64,000 bases of DNA from the human T2T-CHM13v2.0 reference genome, Homo sapiens: NCBI GenBank assembly GCA_009914755.4, contig CP068257.2, forward strand, positions 256,001-320,000, written 5' to 3'. The translations under genes were made by a program, and so were the position numbers. Of the stretch, positions 33,963-45,701 are shown piece by piece. The notes under the pieces were generated by a model, which was given only the letters and a program-made list of their open reading frames with translations, was not told where the DNA came from and searched no databases. Each line of letters begins with the position of its first letter. The first letter of the stretch is position 1.

Positions 33963-34243
33963 TGTTTTTTGAGATAGGGTCTTTGTCTGTCATCCAGGCA
34001 GAAGTGCAGTGATAATAATTCACTGCAGCCCTGAACTCTGGGTACAAGCCATCCTTTTGCCTCAGTATCCCAACTAGCTGGGTCTACAGGCATGAGCCAC
34101 CATGCCCGGGTAATTAAAAATTTTTTTTTGTAGAGATGGGGGACTCACTATGTTGCTCTGGCTGATCTCAAATTCCTGGCCTCAAGTGATCTTTCTGCCA
34201 CAGCTTTTTAGAGTGCTAGGATTACAGGCATGAGCCACCATGT
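33963..34243 (-). mobile_element. Alu SINE (antisense)
   Basis: ttgttttttgagatagggtctttgtctgtcatccaggcagaagtgcagtgataataattcactgcagcc…gtgctaggattacaggcatgagccaccatgtc. Confidence 0.85.
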
Positions 34244-34594
34244 CTAATATAGAGTGTAATATTATTTTCAAAGTCTTATTCCTAGACCCATTTATTGACT
34301 TTGGCCTAAATAACTCAATATGATATCTCTGAAACTTTTTTTGACATACTGTGGGGAATGATAATGAAGGAAGGGGGTTAGACACTTTTTACTAGGAGAT
34401 AACTTTGTGCCATTTAAGGAGGAACAAAAATGAATTATCGAAAAATAAAAGTAAAATGAAGTACAAAAATTCTGTGGCAAAGATGATGATAGTAAAGAAT
34501 ATATTTTTATGACTCATGGTAGCTTTAACTTTGTTCTTAAAATTCTGAGTAATTTCAGGGTTCACATTTGAAGAATCTGCTGCATTACAGATAA

Positions 34595-35095
<501 letters not shown>

Positions 35096-35559
35096 TAGAA
35101 AAAAATGGTATCTCTTTTTTCTTTTAAATATTTAAATTTCCATTATTATTATAACAAAATCAATCTTTCAGAGTAATGATTCTCATTATGGAGTCATTTG
35201 ATGATTAAGACCAGTTGGCATAGGAAGAAATTGTGATTTAGAAATTATGTGATAATTATGAATTGGTCTTAAGCTACAGTGTTCATTGATCACTTTTTCA
35301 AATTACGAATGGATTCTATTACTTTTTATATGACCAGATTACATTAATACTAGCATAATTATGATTTCAAATTTTTACAAATCAGACTTAATTCTGAATT
35401 CAGTTATTAGTTTTGGTATTGCTGAAATATTTTAACCTTCAGCCTCTTTTTTAACATATTCAAAAATACTCTTTGAATCGCTGACTCAAAATGAAAGGCA
35501 ACAAACATAATAATTAGGTTATAATTGTTTTAAAAGTGTATTCTTTTCCTCTGTTTTAG

Positions 35560-35774
<215 letters not shown>

Positions 35775-37071
35775 TAAGTCAAAACATACACTCATAGAAA
35801 ATGAATTAAGCTCATTAATTTGTTTCAAAAGCATAATTTTTAGTGAGATGGCTTCAGGAGATTAGAAGGAAGTAAACGTTAATTTGACAATGTAATTTTG
35901 AAAAATAATGTTAGTAAATAATCTTACCTTTAAAATGTTAGTCAAAGATAGTTTTAGTCTCTCCTCTCATTTTTTTTTTTTGCTTTTGTATGGCTTTTTT
36001 TCCTGAAAAGTCTCATGTAATTAACCTGATCTGTTAGTTTTCTTCACTAAGTATTTTTGAAGCTTTATAATTAATAAAGTGATCTTGTTATAAAATTACT
36101 TGTCAGAATTTCCCTAAATAGAAATATTAATGTGTTTAATTTACTTTTCTGTAGATCACAACCTAAATGCAAAGTGGTACTGCTACTCTGGGCACAATTG
36201 TTTTTGATTGTGATCTTTAGTATTATCACCAGAGTGTGCCTCAAGAAAGACTATTTGTGTAACATATTCAAGATGTTACAGAAAGGCACCCTTGTGAAAT
36301 AGGGAATAATTATCACAGGAATTTAAAGAAGTGTAATTCACAAAGCGGTTAAAAAATAACACCTTGTTCAGCCTGAAGTGTTGTGTGGAAGGCAGAAAGA
36401 ACATGCCCCACCTCCAGGGCCTTGGTCACAGTGTTGGGGGCTAATTGCCTTCAGAGATGCTTTAGTTCTTTTTGATCACCAACCAGACAATCTAGTTCTC
36501 CCCTAGGAGTTGTTGCTCTGAATTATTCCTCAGTGCCAAATGTTTAATTGGTCCTAGATAATGGGTGAAATGTACAAGAGTGAAATCTAAAACTGGTTTA
36601 CTAAACACAAGTATTCCTAGATTTTTTTTTTGTTCATTTTAGTTTTCTTCACCTACATTAAGGAGTACAACATGATGTTTTGATATAATTATTTCTAGTG
36701 AAGTGGTTCTTATAATCAAGCAAATCAACATATTCATTTTCCCACATTATTACCCTTTAAATACAAGTATTTCTAATGGAATCTTCAGAATCTTACAAGT
36801 AGAGCCATTTTAGAAGGCAGGAAGTTTTACCTGTTGAGCCATACATCACTGATAGCCATTTCTCTTCCCTGTCTACTTTGTTTGAACTGCTTGTTCAGTA
36901 GAAATCACCTTAGAAACAATGGTGCTTCTTTAGAACGATTTTAAAATTATAATTCCTTACAACAGGTATGCTCTTACACATCTTCTGTGTGAAAACACTA
37001 TTTAGTGGGTAATTTGGCTTACTCTCAGGGTAAGTTTTTAAAAACTGCAAGTCATTAAGAATCATTAAGAA

Positions 37072-37545
37072 GCCTGGTCAGTGGGGGGACCTAGTCAGTG
37101 TTGGCCTTATTAGTGTGGCCTGATCAGTTGGAACATAAACAATGAAAAACTGGTTGATGGGGCATATACAGTATATCAGAGGCCTGGTCAGTGTGGGGCC
37201 TTAGTGGCTTGGAGCCTGGTCAGTGAGGGCCTGGTCAGAGGGGGCTCCGTCAGCTAGGGACTCATCCATGGAGAATTGTTCAGTGGGGGGTCGTGTGAGC
37301 AGCAACCTGGTAAATTGTGGTCTTGTCAGTGGGAAACCAGTCTTGTCAGTGGGACCAGGTCAGTGGAAAATTGGTCAGTGTGGTCTGGCCCATGAGACCT
37401 ATCAAATGCGGGCCTGGTTAGGAAGACATGGTCAGTGGGGACTTGATCAGTGGAACCTGGTCAATGGAGGAGTGGTCATTAGGGGTCTCATCACTCATCA
37501 CTGGGAACCTGGTCAGGGGCGATTGGTCAGTACGTGGCCTGCTGG
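37072..37545. repeat. degenerate ~15-18-bp minisatellite (GGSCYTGRTCAGTGG-like), copy A
   Basis: gcctggtcagtggggggacctagtcagtgttggccttattagtgtggcctgatcagttgg … gcctggtcagtgagggcctggtcagagggggctccgtcagctaggg …. Confidence 0.8.
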
Positions 37546-37904
37546 CCACTATGTGACCTTAGGCAGGGGGTTTTTCTGTGTAACCTCCTTGCCTCCATCT
37601 GCAGGGAAGATGAGTCAGGGCACCCAAGAGGGTGGCTGGAAAGAGAAGGTGAGAAGATGTGTTGAATCCAATATTGTTTGGCAGACCTACAACTTTACAA
37701 ATGACCTGTGTTCCACCTAGAGAGGGTCCCAGCCCTCAGCAGTATGCAGTGCCTCTCCTCTGTCTGCATCCCCAGGACCACCATGGGTGGGGAGGGCAGA
37801 GATTGGGGAGCACCTATAGAGGCTCTAATGCTCTAAGGTGACAGTGATGAGGACCTGGGTGCACCCATGAGTGGAGAAGCTAGGCCTGTCCAGAGAAGCA
37901 AGAC

Positions 37905-37980
37905 AAACACACACATACGCACACACACACACACACACACAGGCACACATGCATACACAAACACATTGTATACACACATG
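37905..37980. repeat. imperfect (CA)n microsatellite
   Basis: acacacatacgcacacacacacacacacacaggcacacatgcatacacaaacacattgtatacacacatg. Confidence 0.8.
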
Positions 37981-38935
37981 TCAGTTCAGGGGATAGAGGA
38001 CACTGACTCTGAGCCCTGTTGACCCAAGCAGGCTCCCGTTGTGGTGGGTTGTGTCACCCCACAATGTCACTCTTCCTGAGTACCCATGGCCTCTGTGTTA
38101 TGGAGAAGTTAGAGACACACAGCAGTGTCTGTGAGTAGCTCTGCGTGAAGGACCTTTTTCTAGATGACAGACACATCTCAACACAGCTCACTGATCAGAC
38201 TCAGGTGAGTGGGACCTGCTCTCCTCTCTTCCTCCTGGCTTGGGGACAGTCACTATGAGGTGGGTGGTTTTGGCCTCTGGGCAGCTACTGAGGGTAATCC
38301 CTGAACACTCACCGGGTGCCTCTTCTGTGCTGAGAGTCGTCTCATTCATCCTCATAGCAATTCCATTCTGCATTTTTCTCATCACCCCCATGACCACCCA
38401 GGACAACCCCATCAGGGCCCTGTCACCAGGCCCAGTCCAGCTCCATGATAACCAAGACACAGGTCCAGAGACAACCGTCCTGCATCGTGCCTGCATCTGA
38501 TCCCCCTTGGTGGGTAGTGACCAGCACAACATGGAAGAAGCCAGGGCAGCATGCAGCTCTGCAGCCCCAGATGGCTCCTGGGCCTTGGGAAGTCATTCTT
38601 AAAGGGGAAGCTGGTCATTTTGAGGTCCCTGAAGGGAAGGATGAATGTGCATCCCAACAGCCCTGGAAGCCAGCAGCCAGCGGCATGCCATACATCTTCT
38701 CACCCAACGTGTGTGACAGAGGCCCCCTCCTGGGGCACAAGCCCCATACCTAAAGCATCCTGTCCCAGTCGGACCTCATCTTGAGCCCTGGGAGGGGAGG
38801 GACACCATGGGCCCCCCTGCAGCAGCCAGGATTACCACCCAGGGGACTCGGCCTTCTGTGGCCCTGGCCAGACTTAGAATTTGGCCCAAGATAAGCTTAC
38901 TCAGAGCAACTTCTCAGTACCTGGGGCCTGTGCAT

Positions 38936-39256
38936 GCCAGGCAAGGACAGGCTGGCTCAAAGAGCAACCAGCTACCTCTGCAAGGGTGTGCCAGGAGCAG
39001 GTGGAGCAGTCACCAACCTCACCCAATCAAGGAAACAGGGATGGCCAGGTTCCCACAGTCTGAGTGACCATCACCTGACAGCTGATGGAGTGGAGGCCTG
39101 AGGAAAAGCAGATGGAACTGGGGCTCTACCTCAAGGGCAGAGTAACTGATTTATCCTGACTGGCAGGGAGTGACGTTGGTGGCTGGTCCATCAGCTCCTG
39201 GCACACCATTGCAGAGGTGGCTGGTTGCTCTTTGAGCCAGCTTGGCTTTGCCTGGG
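38936..39256. repeat. near-palindromic inverted repeat: arms ~38936-39025 and ~39170-39256, spacer ~145 bp
   Basis: ggctggctcaaagagcaaccagctacctctgcaagggtgtgccaggagc (+) against ggtggctggttgctctttgagccagcttggc (the reverse complement matches); ORFs on opposite strands encode the shared peptide GWLKEQPATSA.VCQE. Confidence 0.8.
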
Positions 39257-39439
39257 ATGCATAGGAGTCAGTGCAACAAATGTGCTGCAAATGGAGCCAC
39301 ATAGAGGAAAGGAGCAGCAGGCTCAGGAGCGGGGTGTGTGCCACCTTTGGGGCTCCAGTCCAAGCATCGGGGCTTCTACAGCACTGTGGGCTTCTCGGGT
39401 GCCAAGAGGCAGACCACAGGACATCTTGAGGAGGACTCT

Positions 39440-40145
39440 GGTAAGAGCTTCCTTGGGTATGTGGATGATGTCCAGAATGTTGGCCTGGTGTCCCTGAGAC
39501 AGCACTAACAGGTCCATGACTGGGTCCAGGTCCTGCCTGGGCTGATGGGCAAAGAGCTCACTGACAGTGTGGAAGCATCTATTTTGAAGTAGGATCTATG
39601 TTCAAGTGCAGAAAGAGCCCAATCTTGTAGATGAACCACACAGCCAGCTTCTGGGTGCAGGCACAGTGCCACATTTTTTGTCACTTCCTGATGTGCCCCA
39701 CCAGCACTGAAGAGATAGCCTGGAGACAGGGCAAGAGGAAGGCTGAGAAGGATGAGATGGTGAGTGCCAGATTCTTCCTGGCCCTGAGCTCACCCCCAGG
39801 GTGACGCTCAACTTTTAGGAGTGAGAGAGGAAGATTGATGGCTTCAAGTGCTTCACCAAGAAGATGGACAACAGGGCACTCAGCTCAACTTCACAGCCAA
39901 TGAGTGGCGACAGGCTTTGAGAAAGAGAATCAGAAGCCTGACAGTTCTTCTTCAGCCTCAGCCAGGCCTTGAAGCTGGACCAGGCCATCCACATCAGTAT
40001 AGATGCCTTCCACTCTGTCAGTGAGCTCTTTGCCAGTCAGTCCAGGCAGGACCTGGACCCAGCCATGGACCTGTTAGTGCTGTCTCAGGGACACCAGACC
40101 AACATCCTGGACATCATCCACATACACAAGGAAGCTCTTACCAAA
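39440..40145. repeat. inverted duplication: arms ~39440-39583 and ~39997-40145 (about 90% identical), spacer ~410 bp
   Basis: ggtaagagcttccttgggtatgtggatgatgtccagaatgttggcctggtgtccctgagacagcactaacaggtccatgactgggtccaggtcctgcctgg is the reverse complement of 40040-40145; ORFs 39323..39517(-) and 39969..40247(+) share [24 protein letters not shown]. Confidence 0.8.
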
Positions 40146-40721
40146 GTCACGGAGAACAGGCAACATGTGGCAGAAGGGAAGACAGAGGTGCAGAGGCTGA
40201 TGACGTCAGAATCACAGGAACAGGATTTCTTTGGCCACTTTGGCTGAAATTCACCACTTCCATCCAATTCCAGTGAGAGACATGGACTCACAGATGGAGC
40301 ATTTCTTGCAACAAGAGATACTACTTTTTCAAAAAGTCACCCAGGAATTGATAGTGTTGAATGACTCGATACTCGATCGTGGATGGTTTCCAGTTCAAGG
40401 ATACTTTCTACAGCAGAATAATAATACTAGCAAACAGCTAGTACAAGGACGGTTTTGTGCTCAACTGAAATCCAGCTGAATACAGAATTGTACAGGAAAC
40501 AGTTAATATGGTGATAGAATAGAAACAGTAGCAAACGTGAACTAAATCATACTATGAATGCCTAAACTACTGCTGTAACTTTTGGAAAAATGATAATACC
40601 ACTTTATTGCTTTTCGAAGTATGAATATTTTAGTGTATATGCTCTAGACCTCAAACTCTATAAAGAGTCTCAAAGAAGTTGGCTGGATAAAGCCTGCTGT
40701 GGATGTCTTTATATTCAAAGA

Positions 40722-42623
40722 TTGATGATGCAATTTGAATATGTGTCCCCACCAAATCTCATGTTGAATTATATTTCCTAATGTGGAAGTTGGATCCTGG
40801 TATAAGGTGATTGAATTATGAAGGCAAATTTCTCATGAATGGTTCAGCACCATCCCCTTGTACCATCCTTACAATAATGAGTGACTTCTCATGAGATGTG
40901 GTCACTGAAAACTCTATATCACCTCCCTACTCTCCGTGTTTTCCCCTTGCCATGTGAGACAATTGATTCTTTCTTTGCCTTCCATGATTATTGAAAGATT
41001 TCTGAGGCCTAGAAGCAGAAGCACTCTGCTTAGAACCATGAGCCAATTAAACCTCTTTTTCAAAATAAATCATACAGAAAATGGTAAATGAGGACTGGAG
41101 CATTGCTATAAAGATACCTGGAAATGTGCAACCAGCTTTGGAACCAGGTAATGGAAGGAGGTTGGAAGAGTTTGGAGGGCTCAAAAGAAGACAGATAGAT
41201 GAGAAAACTTTTGGACCATCTTAGAGTCTGGTTCAATGGTTGTGACAAAAATCCTGACAGAAAAATGGACAGTGAAGGCCAGGCTGAGGAGGTCTCAGAG
41301 AGAAATAAGAAGCTTTCTGGAAAATGTCTTCCTTTTGGATATGGAAAGCTTACACAATGCCTGTACCATCATTGTACCTTAGAAGCAGTGGCCTTGCTTT
41401 TTATTTCAGAGACTCATAGGCAAAAGAGACTGTAGCCTTGACCCAGAGGAAACTTTGGACTTTGTAACTTTGAGTTAATCCTGAAATGAGTTAAGACTTT
41501 GGGAGACTGCTGGCAAGGCATGATTATATTTTGCAATGTGAGAAGGACATGAGATTCATGGGGTCAAGGACAAAATATACGGTTTTTCTCTATGTCCTTA
41601 CCAAAACTCACGTGGAATTATATTTTGTAATGTTAGAGGCAAGGTCTAGGTTGAAAAAGATTTAGTCATAAAATGGTGCAGGTAGATACTTCACGAATGA
41701 TAAAGGACCATCACCTTGATGCTATCCTCCTGATAATGAGTGAGTTCTCACGAGATCTGGTTGTTTAACAGATCTCATCCTCCTGCTCCTGCTTTAGGAG
41801 ACATCTCATTGTCCCTTGGCTTTCTGATATAATGAGGAGGCTTCCTGATTCCTCCCAGAAACAGAAGACACTATACTTCCTTCACAGCTTGCAGAACCAT
41901 GAGTCAATTACACCTCTTTTATTTACAATAATACAGAAAATTAGAACTGCAGAGAGGAGCTGTGAAATGTCTTCAAGGCCTTTTTCCCTTTGTTTTGGCT
42001 ATTAGCACAGGGCTTCTTTATATGCAAATTTCTGAAATCTTCTTGAATGTTTCCCCTTAAATGGGATTTTTGTTATTGCTACACAGCCAACCTGCTATAC
42101 AGATTTCTGAAAAAGTAGAAGGAGGCTCAGTAGTGGGTAGCAAACAAAGATTGGAAGGGTTTGGAGGGATTAGATTATGACAGGGAGTGGGAGGGAGTGA
42201 TTTAATCATGCATGGGTGGGGGTGGATGTGGAAGGGAAAAAGGGGTGGGTAGGGTGGGAGGGAGTAGACTGGCTGTACGGTGGTGGGAGGGTGGTGGGTA
42301 GTAGGAAGGGAGAGTATCCTGCTGCAGAGGCAGAGTATCATGGAAAATCCCTCCTAGGGAAGTGCACCTGTGGCTTTGCAGGTTTGAGCCCCAATGGCTG
42401 CTCTCAAGGACTGGACTAGTGTTGAGTGCCTGTAGCTTTTCCACACGGAGGGTGCAAGCTGTTGGTGGGTCTATGAATCTGGGGTCTGGAGGGTGGTGGC
42501 CCCCTGCGTGGGGGCTCCAAGTCCATATTTTCCTTCTGCACTGCCCTAGTAGAGGTTTCCCAAGAATGATTCATCTGCAGCAGGCTTCAGCCTGGAAACA
42601 GTGGGAGGTGGGGGTGGGAGGCA
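40722..42623 (+). mobile_element. leading, less rearranged MaLR copy (unit 0): LTR 40722-41065, 5' internal piece, deletion, 3' internal piece, LTR ~41590-41945, then internal start
   Basis: LTR start tgatgatgcaatttgaatatgtgtccccaccaaatctcatgttgaatt and LTR end ccatgagccaattaaacctctttttcaaaataaatcatacag, then internal 5' (…ccagctttggaaccaggtaatggaaggaggttggaagagtttggagggctcaaaagaagacag…). Confidence 0.7.
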
Positions 42624-45600
42624 GATCCTTCACCAATGGTTAGGCAACATCTTCTTGATGCTGTCCTCATGAAAGTGTGTTCTCATGAGATCTGGTTATA
42701 TAACAGGGTGTGGCACCTCTTTCCTCTCTCAGTCTTGCTTCCACCTCTGCCATTTGAATCATCTCATTGCCCCTTGGCCTTCTGGTATGATTGGAAGGCT
42801 TCCTGATCTGATCCTCCCAGAAGCAGAAGCCACTGTGTTTCCTTTACAGCCTGCTGAACCATGAACCAATTAAACCTCTTTTCTCTATGATCATACAGAA
42901 GATTAGTACTATGAAGTGGAGCCATGAAATGCCTTCCAGGCCCTTTCCCCTTTGTCTTGGCAACCAACACTCAGCTTCTTTTCATGCAAATATCTGAATC
43001 CTTCATGAATTATCCCCCTGAAAATGGACTTTTCTGTTTTACCACATTGCCAGGCTGTGATAAAGATAGCTGACAATGTAGAACCAGGTTCAGAAGTGGG
43101 TAAAAGACAGAGGTCAGAAGAGTTGGGAAAGCTTAGAAGACAGCAAGATGAGGAAAATATTGGACCACTATAGAGAATTGTTAAATACTTGTGATAGGAA
43201 GGCTGACAAAAGTGTAAACACTGAAGTCCAGAACTAAAAGGTCTCAGATGAAAATGAGGAATTTCCTATGAACAGGAGCCAAGATTACATTTGATTGGCC
43301 TTAGCAAAGAAGCTGGCTGCACGGGGACCCTGCCCTGGAGATCTGTGAAACTATGAACTTGGGGGTGATGATTTAGGATGTATCTGGTGAAATGAACATC
43401 TAGGCAGCATAGCACAAGAGGTGTCCTGCCTGCATTGAACAGCCTGTGTTCTTATGGGTGACCTAAGAAGTGACTTCAAGTTGGAACTTCAAGTGGAGAT
43501 CTAAAGTTTGGAAAATTTGGAGCCTGGCTAAGTGGTCAAAAAGAAAAGCCGATTTTGAGGGGGAAAATTCAAGAAGGCTTAAGGTATTTGTATAAAAAGG
43601 AACCCAGTGCATAAAGCCAAGATAGTGGGAAACCGGCCATGAAAGCATTTTAGAGATGTCTGCAGCAGCCCTTGCTGTCACAGGCCCTGGGGCCTAGGAG
43701 AAAAGAATGGTTTCCTAGGCCAGTCCCATGGCCCTGCTGCTGTGCTCAACTGCAGGACACTGCTGCCGGCATCCGTGCAGCTCCAGCACCAGCCATGGCT
43801 GAAAGATGCACAGGTACAGCTTGGGTCATTGCTTCAGAGGTGGCTCAAAGTCTTGATGGTTTCCATATAGTGTTAAGCCAGTAGGTGCACAGAGAAAGAG
43901 ATTAGAGGCTTGAGAACTCCCGTCTAGACTCCAGAAGATGTACAGAAAATCCTGGATGTTCAGGAAGAAGCTTTTCCGAGAGGCAGAGCTTCATGGGGAA
44001 CCTCTACTAGGGGAGCAAAGAAGGGACCTATAGGGTTGAAGCCCCCACACAGGAAGGCATCATTCTCTAAACCCCAGATTCATAGACCCACAAACAGCTT
44101 GCACCCTCAGTGTGGAAAAGCTATGGGCACTTAACAACAGCCCTGTCCATGAGAGACAGCCGCAGAGGCTGAACGCTGCAAAGCCACAGGTGCAGATCTG
44201 CCCAAGGCCTTGGGAGCTCAGCCCTCACAGCACTGTGCCATGGATATGGGACAAGAATTCAAAAATGATGATTTTGGAGCTGTAGCATTAAGTGACTGGC
44301 CTGCTGGGTTTTGGACACTTATGTATCCTATGAGTCATCCATTGCCTGTACAATCATTGTACCTTGGAAGTAGTAAACTTGCTTTATAACTCAGTGGCTC
44401 ATGGGCAGAAGGGACTGTAGACTGGTCTCAGATAAGACTCTGGGCTTTGCGCATTTGAGTAAATGCTGGAATGAGTTAAGATTTGAGAGACTCTAGGGAA
44501 GGCATCATTACATTTTGCAATGTGAGAAAGACATGAACTTTGGGGGACCAGAGACAGAATAATATGTTTTGGCTCTCTGTCTCTACCAAAGCTCATGTGG
44601 AATGTTAATGCGAAATGTTAAAGGTGGGAGCTGGTGGAAGGTGATTTAATCATGGTGGAGAGTGGAGGTTGGATGGTTGGGGGCGCTAGGAGGGTGGGGA
44701 TGGTTGGAGGGAATTGGGGGTGGGGATGGTTGGAGGAGATTGTGGTGGGGTTGGGGATGAAAGGCAGGGGTGGGGGTGGATCCTTCACAAATGGTTAAAC
44801 ACCATCTCCTTAATGCTGTCCTTCTGATAGTGAGTTAACTTCATGATTTTGGAGCTGTGAGATTGAATGAACACTGACGTACTGGATTTTGGATGTCCAT
44901 TGGGCCTGTGGTCCCATTTGTCTTATTTTTCTTGGAAATTTCTTCCCTTTGGATTAAGAAAGTTTACCCAGTACCTGTACCATCATTGTACCTTGAAAGA
45001 AACAAACACCCTTTTAACTTCAGGGACTTATAGGTAGAAGAGACTGTAGCCTTGTCTCAGATGAGACTTAGAACTTTTTACATTTGAGTTAATGCAGGAA
45101 GGAGTTAAGCCTTTTGGAAACTTTTGAAAAGACATGATTGTATTTTATTCTGTGAAAAGGATATGAGATCTAGGGGGTCAAGGTCAGCATAATATGATTT
45201 GGCTGTGTGCCCCTGGAAAAACTCATGTGGAATTGTAATCCCAAATCTTGGAGGTGGGGCCTGGTGGGAGATTATTTAATCATGGATGGGAGGGGTAGGG
45301 GTGGAAGAAAAAAGCGGTGGGTAGGGTGGGGAAGAATAGGCTGGCTGTAGGGCGGTGGGAGGGTGATGGATAGTAGGAAGGGGGAGTAGCCTGCTGCAGA
45401 GGCAGAAGCTCATGGAAAACCTCTACCAGGGCAGTGCACCTGTGGCTTTGCAGGCTTTAGCCCCCATGGCTGCTCTCATGGGCTGGGCTAGTGTTGAGAG
45501 CCTATCACTTTTCCATACTGAGGGTGGGAACTGTTGGTAGGTCTATGAATCTGGGATCTCGAGGATGGTGGCCTCCTGCATAGTCAGTCAAAGCCCTTAT

Positions 45601-45701
45601 TTTCCTTCTGCACTGCCATAGTACAGGATTCCCAAGAGCCTCTGCCTCTGCAGCAGGCTTCTGTCTGGAACAGTAGGAGGTGGAGCTGTGTTGGTGGGTT
45701 G
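42624..45701 (+). repeat. MaLR-derived array unit 1 (3078 bp)
   Basis: Bounded by the recurring ggatccttcaccaatggtta landmark; contains internal region 42700-44540, an LTR 5' part with a G-rich insert, the internal 3' tail and a second LTR 5' part with an inverted internal fragment. Confidence 0.75.

Noticed and set aside
37223-37720. 165-aa ORF, and the 123-aa ORF at 58627-58998
   Set aside because: Both read through the CCTGGTCAGTGG minisatellite, giving LVSG/WSGQ-rich low-complexity translations. They are repeat artefacts.
38188-38784. Cluster of overlapping 77-114-aa ORFs on both strands in GC-rich sequence
   Set aside because: The mutually overlapping frames on both strands are typical of GC-rich non-coding DNA. 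I recognised no protein family and found no splice-site support.
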